A stretch of 54,929 nucleotides of DNA. Source: Welwitschia mirabilis (lineage: Eukaryota). Shown here in pieces: positions 51,874 through 54,929 of the stretch. The notes under the pieces are model-generated. The model was given only the letters and a program-made list of their open reading frames with translations, searched no databases and had not been told where the DNA came from. Location of the stretch: positions 23,000,647 to 23,055,575 of the forward strand of contig JBOZIK010000001.1 of assembly GCA_051453625.1 (NCBI GenBank), in the 5' to 3' direction. Within the stretch, counting starts at the first letter, position 1; every line of letters starts with the position of its first letter. The position numbers and the translations under genes were made by a program.

Positions 51874-53129
51874 CCTTCTTTACCTATGTTTTTCAGTTTT
51901 AATAGCTGCATTGTACTTACATCTTGCTTTATTATAATTTCTTTTGAGTTTAATAGAAAATCGAATCTGAATTTCTATTTCTGTAAAACTAGATTTATTT
52001 TTAAATTATCATGTGATTTCAAGTGACTTAATTTGGCTATCAAGCTTTGAAATGTAAGAATTGATGCCTAACTCTTAACAGAGCTAGTGTCGCTGATATC
52101 CTTAACTAGCACTGCTACCTTAACATGCATAGATAGGTTCCTATTTTACATAGGAATCCTTAATCACATATACTGTGTCTTTAGCTCTTAGGTCTCTATT
52201 AAAAAGTTACAGAAACTGACTAATTTAGATTCATCTTTAACACCTTTATTTCAAAATCATCACATGAACTTCTCATTTTTCATACTCTTTTAGTCATTTT
52301 CTAAGCTTTTACGGTCATGCATCTAAGATTCATAAGGTCAAGACATTATAATTAAAGTTTCATCTCTGATTTGTGGTTTTTCATTTGCATTAAATTGCAA
52401 TTTATCTTTTCTAGTTTAATTATGCACTGCACATTTTCTTTTCAGTTATTTTCTTTTCTAGCTCATTCCAGACCACATTAGCACATGCATCATTCATTTC
52501 TAATTATGTTCACATTCAATTTTTCATCTTTTAAACTATGAGAAAAAAGTTTAGTTTTGATTGAAGGAAGGGACATTTGCAGTTAAAGTACTTATTTCAC
52601 ATGCTCTATCTTTTACTTAAAGTGTAATTTCGGAGTATATTGGCCAAATTTTTCTCAACAACCCTTCATATTTTTGTACTTAATTAAGTTAGTTTGCAAA
52701 TCTTTGTCATGTTATCTAATTTTTTAACACACTGTTTTGCTAAGGAACTAGCAAAAGATTAGTTGGGGGTATGATAACACTCAAAAACTGACATTTATAT
52801 CAAGGAATTAAGGCCTTATTAGTAAGTTTAATTAATCATCATGATGGTTTTATGCATTTATTATAATTAAGGCCATGAAAATCTTATTTAGCTAATAATA
52901 TGCCTCAACACTATCATTTTGAAGGATAAATGTGACATTTGAATCATTGTGATAGGAGAGAGATGTGTGCTAATCATAATTGGGGTGACACTAGTCTTAG
53001 GCATGATGAGGTTAGTTACTTGGAGTAGAACAATAACATTCTTATATTCCTAAGTCATCTTGATGCAAGCAATCCATTTTGATCATTTTAGAAAAAAGAA
53101 GATGAACGAGGAATATTTTCTAAGAAGAA

Positions 53130-54929
53130 TGTTGTGCTGCCAATTTGTGGTTATTTAATGGGGTTTTATGAGTTGTTTCGCAAGACTTTATACAGGTTTA
53201 GGTGCAATTCTGAGGATTTTGGAGATTCAATAGGAATTCGGAAATGTGCAATTCTTACCCAGATTTAATGTATTAAAGGCACATTCTATTGCACAGAGCT
53301 TTGGAGAAGGATTATTAATAGAAATACTAAGTTTCTTTTCAAGAAAATGATTAAAGAAGATCGTCATCCCCTCTGTCATCCCCACGATAGATAGGAGGAT
53401 GACACATTTGCATGCTGATGTGGACTACTAAGTTATCATTCTGAATCATCTTTTGTAATGAGCTATCATTCCCATTTATTATCCAGACGATAGTTAGGAT
53501 GACACTGACATTTAACTGAATCTGATAGCGACTCTTAACCATTTCATTCATTTCTGAATTATAAATAAGCATGCCTTATCACCTCCTATTTGTCTTTTTC
53601 TACTATATTTTCCTATAAATAAGTCCCCCTTCGACTCTTTTTCTCATCTGTGTTGCACCAAAAATTCTTGTAATAGGAGATCGAAGGGCGGGAAATCCAT
53701 CTTGAGTGTTGCAGAAAGACATGCACTTGGTGGAGGGCTATGTATCCTTCATTAAGACCTAGCTATTTCGTAACCAAGATGCTTGTTACTTATTCTCAAC
53801 ATAAACTTTATTTTGTTTTCATGTTTGCATTGTAGATTTTCTGATGACCCTTATAGTCTATGTTTCCCTTGATCTGGTGACAATTTCTTGGGTGATATAG
53901 ATTATCAAGTGTAGCCTTTGTTAAGGATGAAAGAAAGTAGTGTTAGTTCCATTTTGCATTGTATGTTAGATTAGGTTGCATCTTGAATTTGTATTGTACC
54001 TTTTATTTCTTGCATTGTTCCTTATTTCTAGTTCCTATTATTCTTTTACAAAGCAATCTGAGTCTCATCTCATAGTCTTCAATGAGAATATGACATTTCG
54101 GGTCTACTCTCACTGATATAGTATGTTGTATTATAAGAGATATCTATTTATTTTATAAATGACAGAATCCTTTTAAACTTACGCACTTGCACAAATACAA
54201 ACCGTAACAAATTAGCGCCATTGCCGGGGAAGGCTACTGAGAAGTACAAGGGTTGTCATCACTTAGATGAGTATATTAGACCTTTGTTTAGTTATTTATC
54301 TATAGCAACATTATATTTTATTAAGAACTATAGGTTTTCTGTGTGCATATTTTCAGTTTTAGTTCTTTAGTTTTAGTTTTTGTAGAAAAATAGTGGTCGT
54401 CCCCTCTGCTGTTTCCACGATAGACAAGACGATAATGTGCAATTTTTGTTCTCTATCTTATTTTCATATTTTAAATTTTTCTACGATAAATTAGTCTCTG
54501 TTGTCTCCTATGCCATCTGAACAACCAGTTGGACAATAGTCTTATTTTCTGAACTTTTTGCTTTCTATTTAGATTTTTGTTCTTTTTTTATTTTTCGGAT
54601 TTTTGTGTGTGTCATCCCTTCTATTGTCCTCGCGATAGATAGGATGACAGTCTATAGTTTTTTATCTTGTTTTCTATTATTTGCTATTTGCAGGATGCTA
54701 TAATATAGTTAATATTAAGAAGAGATATTAGAGAGAAATGCTGCTGATAGAGAAGAACAATAAAGAAGGAATGGTGGACATAGAAAATAAATCAGAAAAT
54801 CAATCTCTAGGTGCACTTAATCCTTTTTTTGAATCTATTTTTTCTGAATTAGATTTTCTTATAGAAAAAGAGAACCAATTCACAATGTCGAGTGCCTCCT
54901 ATAATCAAAAATAAGTCATAGGATCTTCT
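53130..54929 (+). mobile_element. Younger Athila-type element nested in the 3' LTR: 5' LTR 53130-54209, PBS, 5' UTR (runs off the window)
   Basis: Host LTR homology stops after TTTTCTAAGAAGAA (53129). The new sequence starts TGTTG and ends CCGTAACA (54209), with CCTATAAATA at ~53612 and PBS TAGCGCCATTGCCGGGGA at 54213-54230. Confidence 0.85.
54213..54230 (+). promoter_or_regulatory. Athila-type primer binding site (tRNA-Asp complementary)
   Basis: TAGCGCCATTGCCGGGGA has 2 mismatches to the canonical TGGCGCCGTTGCCGGGGA. Confidence 0.85.

Larger units (their letters stand above)
41119..53129 (+). mobile_element. Athila-type Ty3/gypsy element lacking RT-RH-INT, containing a plastid insert
   Basis: LTR starts TGATAACACTCAAA at 41119 and 52772 (alignable for ~360 bp). 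Decayed PBS TGATGTCGTTGTTGAAAA at 43325-43342. gag-protease at 44240-46676; env-like remnant at ~50750-51800. Athila-type PPT TTGCTAAGGAACTAGCAAAAGATTAGTTGGGGGTA|TGAT at 52737-52771. The 3' LTR is interrupted at 53130. Confidence 0.85.

Noticed and set aside
51729-51937. ORFs with ERERER / LSLSLS runs
   Set aside because: These are translations of the (TC)n microsatellite.
1-54929. Assigning the window to a particular species
   Set aside because: The Prrn spacer sequence and the very old TE landscape hint at a non-eudicot or early-diverging angiosperm, but the NUPT is too decayed to support a call without a search.

Overview
AT-rich plant (probably angiosperm) nuclear scaffold with many N gaps, dominated by old, heavily decayed LTR retrotransposons. 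From left to right: a Tekay/Del-like LTR+PBS stub (minus strand); a degenerate Ty1/copia SIRE-type element with a second diverged copy of its 3' end and an LTR; an Athila-like fragment (minus strand); a structurally complete non-autonomous gag-only LTR element (20583-25248) carrying a three-part tandem-repeat array; one intact 3-exon host gene (141 aa, 29916-30725); a long diverged inverted duplication (~32990-38140); and an Athila-type element (41119-53129). The Athila element has no recognisable RT/RNaseH/integrase and instead holds a rearranged plastid rRNA-operon insert (trnV-Prrn-rrn16-trnI intron-rrn23). A younger Athila-type element is nested in its 3' LTR. All calls come from reading the sequence and recalling family motifs; no database searches were run, and identity levels are visual estimates.
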